Notes under the pieces: model-generated
Seen by the model: only the letters and a program-made list of their open reading frames with translations
Database searches by the model: none
Told to the model about the DNA's origin: nothing
Program-made: the position numbers and the translations under genes
In this document: piece by piece, positions 12,901 to 24,399 of the stretch
Layout: each line of letters begins with the position of its first letter
How positions within the stretch are numbered: position 1 is the first letter of the stretch
From: Anthoceros angustus
Lineage: Eukaryota > Plantae > Anthocerotophyta
Assembly: GCA_010909165.1 (NCBI GenBank)
Contig: VJWM01000250.1
Coordinates: 124,001 to 188,000 of the forward strand
Reading direction: 5' to 3'
Length of the DNA: 64,000 nt

Positions 12901-13272
12901 TACGCCGCTGCACGTTACGCCGCCGCTGCAAGCGCGTGAATACCGCTATACGGCCTCGCAAGGTTACGGTCCCGCCACCGCATGCCTGCTTCCACTGTAG
13001 TCGCCCACGCGTCCCGTCCCCACGGCTCAACTCGAGTTACTTGGCGATTTATCCCGCCTCGGTCCCGAGTGGGTCCGGACTTATCCTTACCGTGGCGCCT
13101 ACCATAGTAGGTCCGGCACGCTCTCACTCCGAGTCGAGTATACTCCGAGTGCCGTCCGGAGTGCTATCCATGCTTATTTCCCCCCCTTTTTCGCCTCATT
13201 TTATCCTTCACTCCTAAAAAAAAACAAAACCCTACCTATTTTCTAACCCTCAAGGGAAGTCCGTAGTCCACA

Positions 13273-15304
13273 GCTACACGGAAGGAATTAAAGCTTATAA
13301 GCTCTATGATGTATCTAAGAACAAAGTTGTTTATGCAAGGAGTGTTACCTTCAATGAAAACCAAAATTGGGTCTCAGTGGGAGCTGTTCAAGACGTGGAC
13401 ATCGCTCCAATGGATGATGACACTTCTTTTGATCAATCTAATCAATACGGTTGTTCCTCCGGAGGACATTGTTCTGCGGTGGGAAGATCCAAAGACTGGT
13501 TTTGAGTTGGTTGATGTTGAGGACATGCAGAACTCGCACATATCAATGCACTGACAATCGGCATGAGGGACTGGACTGGACCAACATCCTCCGAACAAGT
13601 TGTGCCGTAATGCGGCACCTGCAATTGAAACCGAGAATGCACCGACCTTCAAGACGATCATCAAGTTTTGCTGTACGATCCGCGGTATCCTACTCGTCAT
13701 AGGCAGCCTCCAGACTTTTATCAAGCTCCAGACTTCAGGAATCCTTCTTCTTATGTGGCAGTTCATGCTGATAATTGTTCCCTTGATCCCATTGAACCTC
13801 AATCATATGAGGAGGCACTTAGCAGACCTGATCACAAAGAGTGGGAGAAGGCTATTCAGTCAGAGTATGACTCATTAATTGAAAATGGAACATGGGAGCT
13901 TGTAGACTTACCTCCAGTGAAAAATGGTGACTTGTGGGTTTTCAATAAAGTAAAAGCGGATGGTACCTTTGATGTATAAAGCTCGCTTGGTTGCAAGAGG
14001 CTTCTCCCAAATCCCTGGATTGGATTATCTTGAAACTTTCTCTCCAGTGGTCAAGCTTTCAACTCTCAGAATCATCCTGGCCATATCCACACACTTTAAC
14101 TATGAGCTGGAGATGTATGACGTGAAAACAGCATTTCTATATGGAAAGTTAGATGTTGAAATCTACATGCAGCAGCCACCTGGATATGTGGTTAAAGGAA
14201 AAGAGCACCAAGCTTGCAGACTAATCAAGTGTCTATACTTAAAACGATCGACCATGAAATGGAATGCAGAAACAGAATTGCTAGAGCTAGGGTTCACCAA
14301 GAGTCAGCGGATAGTAGCTTGTATATTTACCTCAAAGGGAATGTCATATGCTACTTTACGTTGATGACCGATTTTATCAAGCAACAATGACCTTCATCAC
14401 AAGTATAATGATGTGTTAGCAACAAAATTCAAAATGAATTGCCTAGGACCTTCAGCTGTCTAGAATTCATGTTCAAAGAAATAGGAGACTTGTGTAATGA
14501 CACTAACACAACCCGTACCTATTAGATTTTGAGCAACTAGGTCTTAAGGATGCAAAACCTATCAACACCTATGCCATTTGGTCGAAACTTAAGCTCATGT
14601 CACCTTCAACTCAAGAAGACAAGGAGCAAATAGGAGTTCCTTAGGGCAAGGTGTAGGGCAAACTGATATATGCAAGCAATACTACAAGACTAGAAGTTGC
14701 ATATACCACCGGTGTGCTCACGGTTCTTGGAAAACCGGGAAGGAACCTTTGGACAAACTTGAAACGTGCCTCACACGAAGGCATAGCAAAATTGGCATAG
14801 CTTATAAGAATCAAAAAGGAAAGCCTCTAGATCTTGAGGTATTCTGACTCAGACTATCAGGGAGACATATGAGAAAATCAGTTCGGGCTATGTCATTTCA
14901 GTTCTTGGAGGGCAGGCTGGTCTAGTAAGAAGCAACCAACGGTTGCCCTTTCTTCAACAGAGGCCGAGTACCGGGTCCTGACAGCAGCTGCCAAAGAAAT
15001 AGTGTGGTGTAAGCTTTTGTTCAAGGAATTAGGAATTCAAATACCTACTTGCACAACAATCCACAGGACAATGGGGCTCAATGGCATTAGCAAGAAATCC
15101 GATGTTTCACGCGTACAAAACACGTGGAGGTTGAATACCACTATATAAGGGGCTTGTGGCGGAAGGAAAATAGATTTGCAATATGTTCCGGCCACAGGAC
15201 AACTCGGACATACTAACAAAGGCTTTGAGCAAAGAAGCTCATCACAAGCACATGCGTTTGGGAATGGGAGGCAAGCTCCTCCTATCGGAGTAACACACAA
15301 TATT
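13273..15304 (+). pseudogene. pol: Copia integrase C-terminus, reverse transcriptase and RNase H
   Basis: EPQSYEEAL...WEKAIQSEYDSLIENGTWELVDLP, YKARLVARGFSQIPGLDYLETFSPVV, DVKTAFLYGKL, YVDD (14357-14368), SKKQPTVALSSTEAEY, TKHVEVEYH. Confidence 0.96.
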
Positions 15305-15305
15305 C

Positions 15306-16315
15306 CTAAAAGCCCGAGGAGTTAGAGCTATCAGAATCAGTAATATCCTGAATCTCTATCCCAACTCCTGACTTTAAAACATCGTGAGTTGACTCATCTT
15401 CAATATCAGTCTTGAAATCGGTGTCAAGCGGATCTTTTTGGTGTGGCTTCACTCTTGAACCGAAAGCCTTCTCTTCATCCTCCATCCTTTCCTCCTTAAT
15501 CTTCTTTGTGGACTGCACCCAACAAGTGGGAGATATAAAGCAATTGTCAAGAACAAGAAGCGTGACAGCTAAAGAGGAGCAGACACTTCACTACTGTACA
15601 CGACGTGTCCAGGGTCTGCATGAAGAACCTTCACCCTCTTCATAGTTAGCTCATGGCCAACCCAAGCTTTGTACGAGTTGGAGAACATGGAAACTCACGT
15701 GTGCCGCAAGTCACAATCGAGTTTCTTCATCGTGGTGATGGGTTCCGGAAGCTTCGGGCACACGGCTCTTGCGTAGTTCTTTGTAATATGAGACATCGAG
15801 GTTCAGCACCGATGAAGGCGTAACCTCCTCCTTCTCCTCTCGTTCTGAGGAGGGATGATCGCTTGTTGATTGATGGCGACCAGCCATGTTGGCTTCAACC
15901 AGCTGGCAAGCTTGTTTCGCCCGAAAGCTTTTCGTTGTTCCTTGCGGCCGCCCAACCTTCCTCTTTGCGCTGACACCATCAAGCTTCGACTTCATATCTT
16001 TGGTAGTTGTCCTTGGCGCAATCGCCCAGGCAGTTTGTGGCCCGGTGTGTGATCGGAGGATCAAGACATCTTTGGCGGCGGCAATCGAAGATGTTCGATC
16101 TTGGTGATGAGCTCAGCGAGCAATCTTGAAACCAAGAACAGAGGGTTATAAGTGCGGGCGCACTTGACTCTACCGCCATCACACGGTTTGTATACTCTCC
16201 ATAAGTGTTATGTGGCACGCGGCTTGCACTTGGAGCGTATTCGAGTATCTTGATTCAGGTTGCGTTCACGGGGAGTAGCGAGAGGGTACCAAATGTCTAG
16301 AAGCGTGCGAATCAT
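15306..16315 (-). pseudogene. Extra antisense 3' ORF of the copia element (~335 codons, unknown protein)
   Basis: ATG at 16315 reads MIRTLLDIWYPLATPRE...; then LLAELITKIEHL, KRKVGRPQG, HELTMKRVKVLHADPGHVVYSSEV, LLVLDNCFISPTCWVQ, an acidic tail and a stop at 15306. Several frameshifts are needed to join these. Confidence 0.6.
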
Positions 16316-16322
16316 TACCGGC

Positions 16323-16331
16323 AAGTGGGAG
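16323..16331 (+). promoter_or_regulatory. Copia polypurine tract
   Basis: AAGTGGGAG directly before the 3' LTR. Confidence 0.88.
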
Positions 16332-16558
16332 TATTAAGATATATGTGCTGGAATAATGATTAGGGCTTTGCATAAGTTAAGTTAAATACCTACACACCGT
16401 TCATTCATTAGGGTTACGACGTTTGGATAGCATCGTTTCATAAGCATTGTTGTTTAAAACAGAGTTCTTTTATGAACATATATACACACACATATATAGA
16501 AAATGTAGTTCAATCAATTTATATTAAAACATTCTGCATATTTTCAATTATATTGAAA
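16332..16558 (+). repeat. Copia 3' LTR
   Basis: Matches both 5' LTR copies and is followed by TSD CAATA. Confidence 0.92.
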
Positions 16559-16974
16559 CAATAGAGCTTTGTTGCACGTCGTGCGATAGCTGTCATGAAA
16601 GATAAGCAGCACAAGGTGGGGCATACTCAGGGGCTGAGTCCAGTGACAAGTGTGAGCTCGATTGAGAGTGGCACTGGACATCTTCCGAGTATAGACCACA
16701 CAACATGGTGGCACGGGAATACGCGAAGATCTTTGGCGAGCAAAGACATCCGCTCGAAGAGTCTGAGGGAGGACCCTAGGTAATGGACGATGGAGGTCCT
16801 TCACGCAGTGTACAACCGGCCCACGGAGGAGGTCGAGGGAGTACTGCCAGAGCCCATGAAGGTGAAGGGAAGGTTGGAAGCAGCGAAGGCTGCTCTGTTG
16901 AAGCCAGGAACCCGGAGGTCCTCCAACGGGTGGCTGATGCCCAATTCAGCCGTACTCGGGATAGTCCCACCTAC

Positions 16975-17002
16975 TGTGGACAAGGGAAGAACGCCAACTC
17001 CC
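16975..17002 (+). repeat. First 28 bp of a family-D-like LTR, continued at 61860
   Basis: TGTGGAC start as in the reverse complement of the solo LTR D end. Removing element A1 joins it to CCTTATGAAGGTAAATAGGAGTTTTTTTTG. Confidence 0.65.
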
Positions 17003-19494
17003 TGTGGAGTATCACATGTATCCTAACTCTTCTCTGAACTGTCAGGATGAATGATTTTTTTTGTTTTTGGTGTCTTAGTATAGCGGAATGCTTTGGAATT
17101 GTCCGGGTAAGGCCTTTTATACGGAAAGGGTCCTTGGCCCATGGTGATAATAATATTTTCTTGTCCTTGGATTTTGACCCTGGTTAGGAAGGTTAGGTAT
17201 AGAGTCCTTGGGTTTTGGTAATTTTAGAAATAAGAAGGTGTCTATATATGCTAGGATGCCATTTTGCCACAGATAGTGGGTGAGGTGGCTAGTTCCACCA
17301 CGGTGGCCGAGACGGGCGTGACTGGGGAGTTCACAACCCTAGTGAGCGGCCGCCACAATCCGGAAAGAAGAAGAAGAGCACACCGACATCGCGAGACGCG
17401 AAATTTCCGTGAGCGAGCTGGGCGGAGCGCAATGGGCGCACGATGCAATCGCGCGCCAAATCACCGCAGTGTGGGCACGTGTCAGAAGCGGCGGGCCATG
17501 AGAGGAGGGAAACCACGCCGCGAATCGGGGAAAGAGGCGCTGAGTGGAGGACCGGTACAAGAGGAGCGACAGCGCGCGAGGGTGGTGCTTTCTCCTCGAC
17601 CACGCAGGAGAGCCGGGTTTTTGAAGATGAAGGAGAAGAGGAGATGGCCCGAGCGGCAAATTCCACTACAAAGTGGCCCAACATGGACCACCGGAAGGTT
17701 AGAGCTGTGATCTTGTGCAGAACCGGGCCTAGATTTCATGGAGAAGAAATGGTGCTACGATAGCCAAAGATTAGTGCAAGAGTGTGCCCGCCAATCGAGA
17801 ACCAAACGCAAGAGGACGCGGAAAGAGGCCGCAAAATTGGATTTGGGGCTTCCGAGCCGTGGTATGGGAGAAGAATCAAGATGGAGCCCGTGATTGATCC
17901 GCAGAGGAAGAAAACTCTGAAAGCCGCAGCTCGCGCTCATGAAGCCTGGGGAAGTGAGAGTTAACAATGGATGGGTGACTCGCGCCACAAATGCGGGTTG
18001 GTTGGTGGATTTTGTGTTTCCTTCTAATCGAAAGTTAGATCACATGGCGGACCACTTCCTCGGTCTTCCTTCATGTGGTCAAGGGCACACTGATCGATTG
18101 GGAAGGATGATTTTGAAAGAGCTTGTGAAGAGAAGGCGAATTTGCTCTCCCCTCCTTCCTTGATTTCACCCTTTTTGATTCATGTGTTTGAGCATTCCGG
18201 ATGCCTAACGGAGTTGGAAGCCGTGTCTGCCCTTCATAGCTGGAAACCGGTCAGAGAACTCAAGGTGGAGGAGGAGGAGTATAAGGAGGATTCAGGGAAG
18301 GATTCCAGCAGTTGGGAATGCGCCTCACTAGAGGATTCGGATGAGGGTGGGGAGGTTTCCAAGGGCAAGAGGAAGAGGGTAGCGACGACTGAACGGCCAA
18401 AAGGGGAAAACAGCTGGAGGAGGAACCCACAGCTACACCTAGGGTCACGAGGTCGAAATCAACAGCAGGGACGCGGGTGAAGGAGGAGAAGATAAAAGGG
18501 AGAAGGTTGTCCCCTTTCGTGGGGATGAGTCACGCCACTAGGGAGGTTGAAACGGATAAAGGGTGGGCGCATCAACCCCTAGGAGAGGAAGGGCTAATTT
18601 TGGCACCGCGACGAGCTCAAGGACATTTTGGCGACATCTCATAAGCCCCTTAAGTGGAGATAAGTGACACGCTTGCGGAATTGTGGAGGGGATGGGCATG
18701 AACACCGAATTTGGTGCCCCGACCCATGGCTCGACTCAAAGACCTTCTCCGAGTGCAGTGGCTCTCACTTGGCCGAGTGTGCAAGGGGCAACAAGAGAAG
18801 TTGCTCAAGGAGAAGTTGGAGGGCCCGGAGGGCTAGAACAAGGTGGCGAGGGTCCAGACGGAGTGCGAGGAGGCATTGTGCAAGGCACAGAACAAGGCCA
18901 TGACCACCCAACAGAGGCCCTAGTAAATCAAGTAAAAGGAGCGCACGCTACGATTGAGGAGCTCCAATGAGGTCTCGCGAGTCCAAGAGCAGGTGGAGAC
19001 AATGGCGCCCCTGGAGAAATTCAAGAAACTGGCGGAGAGATATAAGCGGGAGAGAGATGAAGCTAGGGCCAGAGTCAAGAGAGAGGCAGGCAAACCGAAG
19101 AAGGGCAGAGCAACAGCCCACCAAAGAGTCAAGCAACCACCGTGGAAGCAACCACCACGGTGGCTAAGGCCACCGCGTGGAGGGAGGAACAGGTGGGGAA
19201 GCCACAATGAGCGCGCAGTGGGGACACGACTTCGGATTCCGGGCAGCCGGTTCAAGATTGTCCATGGAGGAGAGAAGGACCTGAAAGTGAGGGCGTATTG
19301 CTGGCGCCCTGATGAGGATGCTCATGTCCTCGGCCGCTACATGGTGAGCGGTGCTCACCTAAATGTGTATGTGGTTGCTGGGATGTGAGGGGCGGAGAGA
19401 CTCTTGGCGCACATCTTGACCGGCCAGCACAGGGCGTTTACCAGTGGATTCTTCCGAGGCGGGGTTGAGTTACCCCCAAGTAGTGATCGAGGAG
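17003..19494 (+). repeat. A1 5' LTR, part 1
   Basis: Collinear with 58054-~60510 (CACATGTATCCTAAC start through GATCGAGGAG). Confidence 0.88.
17264..19494 (+). pseudogene. LTR-embedded accessory ORF (A1 5' LTR, interrupted)
   Basis: WEVRVNNGW...KLDHMADHF; LISPFLIHVFEHSGCLTELEAV; coiled coil VQEQVETMAPLEKFKKLAERYKRERDEARARVKRE; PDEDAHVLGRYMVSGAHLNVYVV. Confidence 0.7.
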
Positions 19495-19784
19495 TGTGAG
19501 CAGTCTGAACCGAAAACTCCACCATAAAATGCCCTTGAAGTGTTTTTTTTTTGTTTTTTTTTGGTTAAGAGTGTGTGAAAATAAGTCGTTGAGGCGAGGT
19601 ATTTATAGAAGAAATGCCCTTGGCCTATGGTTTCTTTCTTTTTGTTTCCTAGATTAGATAATAAGCAAATGGTCCGGTGTTCCTTGGCCCATGGAGGGAT
19701 ATCCTCTAAAAAGTCTATATATGTGAGATAGGGGTTGATTAGAGTCTTCTATAGGTTAGAGGTCGACCCAAGGGCGGTAGTCAA

Positions 19785-22250
19785 TGGGTGAGGTGGGCGA
19801 ATGGGATGTGGGAGCGGTCGTGAAAGAGGAGATGGTCAGAAAACGACCGCGGTAGGGGAACCGGGAACTTAACCCCAAGGGAATTTGGGGAAACGATGAC
19901 CTGCTCAAACGGAGCACGGCGGCCGGGAGGAGCAGCGAGTGCCGCGGCCGAGCGGACGTCGAGGAGGTGATCCGGGAGAACGATTCACAGGGCGGGGCTA
20001 ACGACGGGGAAGGAGCTCCAACCCCATCGCCGACATCGCGAGGCGCGACGCTAGAGGAGGAAGGCGCTGAGCGGCGGGCTTGCCGAGGAGGTAGGAACTC
20101 GAGACCGACCCGCTGTGAAATTCGCAATTGCCACCGATTTGAGGCGCGAGACCGTGAAGACTGTGGAGGGATGGCAAGGTCAAGGTCACCGAGATTGTGC
20201 TTGTCGGCCGAAACATGGATCATTGGAAAGTTCAGCTGGGAATTGGTGAAGGAGTCTATTTCATGGAAGACGGAATTACATGAACTTGGGACTGTGCAGA
20301 GTGTGCCACACCAAGGACAACAAAGGGGATTTAGAGCGAAGCCGCAGGATTGGGACCCGGAGTGGGGTGAGCGTATGGCGCAGGAGGAGGCGGGTGTGGT
20401 GATGGAACCATCCCAGGGGCAAAGAAGATAGCAGCCTCCGGTTAAAGCGGGCGACCATAACCCAACGGGCCGGTTGACGAGGGACGGCAATGCAATAAGC
20501 AGCTTGATGGGTCCGATGTGCTTCCTATGTTTCGCAAAGACAAGAAGTGGATTATTTGTCCACCACTGCTTCCTCCATGAAGTGGTCAAGGGGCAAAATC
20601 GATTACGAATTCTCTCGTTGTTGTGAAGAGAGGTTGAACTCGATTTCTCTACCCTCGGCCCTCTAATCTCACCATTTCTCGGGTCCATCTTTATGTGCAT
20701 GCCAACGCCGAGGTGGAGATTGGCCTCCCTCCACATGTGGAAGAGGGAGGTGAAATGGAAGGCGGAGGAGCCCAAGGAGGAAAAATGATAGCCGGAGTCC
20801 TGGCATGGGGCCTGAGGAAGAGAGAAGGAAATTTCTACCAAAGAAAAGAGGAAGACCGGGGTGAAGACGGCCTCAAAAAGGTGAAGGTGAGCGGCACCCG
20901 GAAAACGGGCCATGAAAATGAAGGCCAAACGGCGATTGAGGTGGTAAGAGGAGGCGCGATCCGAGGACAATTTTTGACCGGATGCGTATGATGAATCAAC
21001 CCCGAGGGTTTAGTCGACCTCGGCGGACCCTCCTCAAAGATGGGAAGAGATTTTCAAGGGGACTCCACCGCAACAGAGGTGGATGCAACCGAATTGGTGA
21101 GGGTGCGCACCTGGGGAGGAAAGTTCTCGAGGGATGGCGTCGCGCGGGGCCGCCACAACAAGTGGATTTGGCAGTGAGCCGACCACATCGATGATCCGGC
21201 CCAAGATTTGTTGGATCAAGCGGCTTTAGCCTCACCGCCTGGTGCAAGGGCGACGGAGGAAGTGGTGAAGGCCAGTGTTTGACGGAGGAGGCCAAGCGCA
21301 AGCAACCGGAGGAAGACAAGCAACCTAGAGGAAATAAGGGCCAAGATTCAAGAAGATTTGTGGGCCTGTGAGAAGTTGCAAGCCATGAAGCACAGGAAGC
21401 GCCATGGCTCAAATTAAGGATGCCCAAGACAACCAGAGATGGTGGGGAGTTGTTGCAGCCCAGAGCGTGAGGCGGCCTCCGGAAAAGGCCCATAAGCTGT
21501 CGGAGGCATATAACGGAGCGGATGAGGCACGTGTAAAAGACAAAGGGAAGGGGAAGCGGCAGCAGACCACGACCGGGTAGCGAAGGACTACCGAGAAGGA
21601 AGGAAGAATCGAGGTAGCAAAACACTCACCTGTCCGAACGCATTTGGCGGAGTCCACTACCGTAGTAGTCGACCGACACATTGGCAACCCAACTAAAGCG
21701 GGCGATGGACGCGACGCTGAGACCCGCAAGGACATGGACCAGCAACCGTGTGTAGCCTACGGAGGAGGGGTAAGCACCTCACCGCAGCAGGAGGTCCTAT
21801 TATATTGCGGCACATGCATGATGAGGAAACTTATGTTCCCGGTCTATATGTGAATGGAGAACGCTGCTTAACCTCACCGTCCCATGTGCGTGTGGAAATA
21901 GGAGGGACTGTGGCCTACCTATCGCAAGTGAGGACCAAGTGCATACTTCTACCATCGCGCCGAGTGTGGGGTTGGCCCCTATTATGCTGAGGCGACTTTG
22001 GAGGAGTTGAGAGGAGGAGGTCCAGCTTGGGTGGACGAGGAACCGAATAATCCTCAAAGAATAAAGCGGAAGATGCAAGCAGGTGGTACACCTCAAATTA
22101 GGACCAGCAGATGGAGGTGGAAGTAGTGGGAAACCCGTCGACCAGCGCAGGAGAGCTCGGGCGGCAATGGAGGACGAGGCCAAAGTGCCAAGTCGAGGGA
22201 GGGCGCGCAGATAGCGTGGCGAGGTGGTAGCATCCAAAGATAATTTGGTT
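19785..22250 (+). pseudogene. LTR-embedded accessory ORF, family B
   Basis: FLHEVVKG...CEERLNS...ISPFLG (~20570-20690) and HDEETYVPGLYVNGE (~21815). Boundaries are approximate. Confidence 0.6.
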
Positions 22251-23333
22251 AGATGTCGATCGACCTAGGATCGCCCGAATTGTGGGCGCGGCCCTTCATG
22301 ATAGCCCATCTTAGGACCTAAAATCCGCATGCCATGGCATAAGAGGGGCGACCATGCCTCCTCACGAGCACTCCCCGGGTTGAGATCCCCACGCCTCGTG
22401 GCTGGTTGGAGACGTCCCAATTAACTGAGGCGGTGTGCGAGACGCCCTAGGAATGGTCGAGAGCTTGCTCCGCACCGGGAGGAGGAGGGCGATGTTTGCC
22501 GACAAAGGAGGAGGAAACCAAGGGATTGGCGCGGTCCGAGCTTGCTCAACGCCTCGCCGTGACGCCTGGTTCTTCTCCTTCCCTTTTCTCGCTAGTTGTG
22601 TTCAAATTGAGGGTTGTGGATGAGTGGATGCCTCAAGGCGTAATCGAGAGAGAGAGAGGAGGAGAAGATCTGGGGGAGAGATTACAATCAGACGCTGGCG
22701 CGAGGTGTGAGTGGGAAAGAAAGAGAAGAACGAAAGTGGAGAAGTCATCAATTGGTGTGAAGAATCGAATCAAATGGCCGTCAAGGAAGTGCGATGGGAA
22801 CGGTGGTTTCGGAGGAAATAAGGAGGTGTGGCGCCTGTGTGTGTGTGTGTGATGTGAGTGAGGGAGGTAGGAACTGGTGTGAATCGTGTGTGTGTATGTG
22901 GGGTAGAACAACATCCGATCCGGGAGGGGGACAACCCCGCATGATCCGCGCGCTGATAAGTCGCTAGGGTTTGGTGTGGGACCCACCCTGGTCGCACTAC
23001 CCGTAGTGGTGCGGACCACCGAGTAAAACGAACGGTCGGGGAGTATCCGTGGGTAGTTGGACAAGAGGTAGTAGTGAGTTGAGATAGTGAGGGTGGTAGC
23101 AAGTAAGCCCCGACTTAGGTGAAGGGTAGATAGAAGATAGCGCCTCGCACAAACCATTCCCTTGGGAGCGAATCCAAGCTACAACGATATTGAGGGTGAA
23201 TGTGGACTCACTGTCTCGGACACGAGTTTACACCTCCACATTTTGGCGCTGCTCGGGAATGAAATCACCGCCAAGGACGAGGTAGAACTAACCATAGCTA
23301 AGTAGAGTCTAGCATTACTAGATTGATAGATGG

Positions 23334-24390
23334 ATGCCTCGTGGAGACAAGCGACTGGATCCGACTGGGGAAACGCTCGCAAGACGGCAACGCCAAGCAA
23401 TGGAAAGATTGCAGAGAGTTACGAGGAGGGCGGAGATCACACTACCGGACGAGGAAGAGGAGCAGGAGTCGACTCGAACTAGGGATCGGATCTTATCCGA
23501 TTCGCATTCCCAACTCTCGACTACGTGCAGACAAGGGGCCATTTTCGATCCCACCTTGCCTTTTGATCTCCGTGCCTAGATCACCGCGGGTCCCTCAAAC
23601 TGTGGAATGTAGAGGCCCCGATAGTGAGGCTAACTACTAGCTGCTGGAAAGTACTACCACGGTAGTTATGGCTGCAAGACCTGCTTGTTACTACTAAGTC
23701 TTACCCGCTGTATGGAGAAAAGAAGGGCCATGAGGATCCCGACGAGTTTGTCGAGCTGCTTTTGAGCACCGACGCCACAACCGTGAGGATGCGAACGTGC
23801 CCAAATGCTTTATGGAGTCTTACGCGAGCGGCCAAGTGGTACAAGCGGAGTACATAGCTTCTTCCACACCCCGCCTACCTTTGGGGCCTCAAGAGAGCTT
23901 TTGCGAAAGATCTGAGGGGTCAAGTGGAAGGGTATGTCCGTCCAAACTCGAGGGATTGCGGAGAGGAAGAAGGAGACCCCGCAGCTATGTGGAAAGGTTC
24001 CACTGCGGACCGCCCGGACCTCACTGAATTAATGGCCATCCACTGTTCGCAAGAGGTCCTCACGGAGATGGGGAAGCATGTAACGGCTCCAGCCGAGAAA
24101 GATCCGGATCGAAAGCAATCAAAGCTCGAATTCAATTACGAGGAATCCAATGCGGAAGCGCAAAAGAAATCGAACAAGGGCGTTTCAAGGACAAGAAGAG
24201 ATCCAAGAAGAAGAAGAGGTACCGGCCCCTCCGATGACAACGCTCCACGGAGAAGATAGTTCCGCAGCATTTCCTGAATAGTTCCATGAAGAAGAGACCA
24301 GCGAGGATTCGGAGGAGGATTCGTCAGGAGGTGAGCGGGGCCGAGGGGATAAAAGGAGGGGGGCAAGAAACGAATGGGAAACGAGACGCC
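23334..24390 (+). pseudogene. gag: gag of element B (partial)
   Basis: MPRGDKRLDPTGETLARRQRQAMERLQRV..., then EDPDEFVE and LNYEESN as in the A1 and A2 gags. Confidence 0.75.
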
Positions 24391-24399
24391 ATGCCAAAG

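Larger units (their letters stand above)
8791..13272 (-). mobile_element. Solo LTR (~4.5 kb) of gypsy family D
   Basis: TG...CA termini. TSD GCTAC is intact at 3914-3918 in the duplicate and at 13273-13277. Copia integrase resumes in register (GY|TEGIKAYKLYD). There is no gag or pol inside. It carries the shared U5 motif and is homologous to 61860-64000. Confidence 0.88.
5368..16558 (+). mobile_element. Full-length Ty1/copia LTR retrotransposon (~6.7 kb net) interrupted by a solo gypsy LTR
   Basis: LTRs at 5368-5593 and 16332-16558, PBS at 5594, PPT AAGTGGGAG at 16323-16331, TSD CAATA (5363-5367 / 16559-16563), and domain order gag-PR-INT-RT-RH. Confidence 0.95.

Noticed and set aside
22640-22900. 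(GA)n and (GT)n microsatellites in LTR B (similar short tracts at ~50905 and ~61310)
   Set aside because: These are ordinary short tracts in the R/U5 part of plant LTRs.
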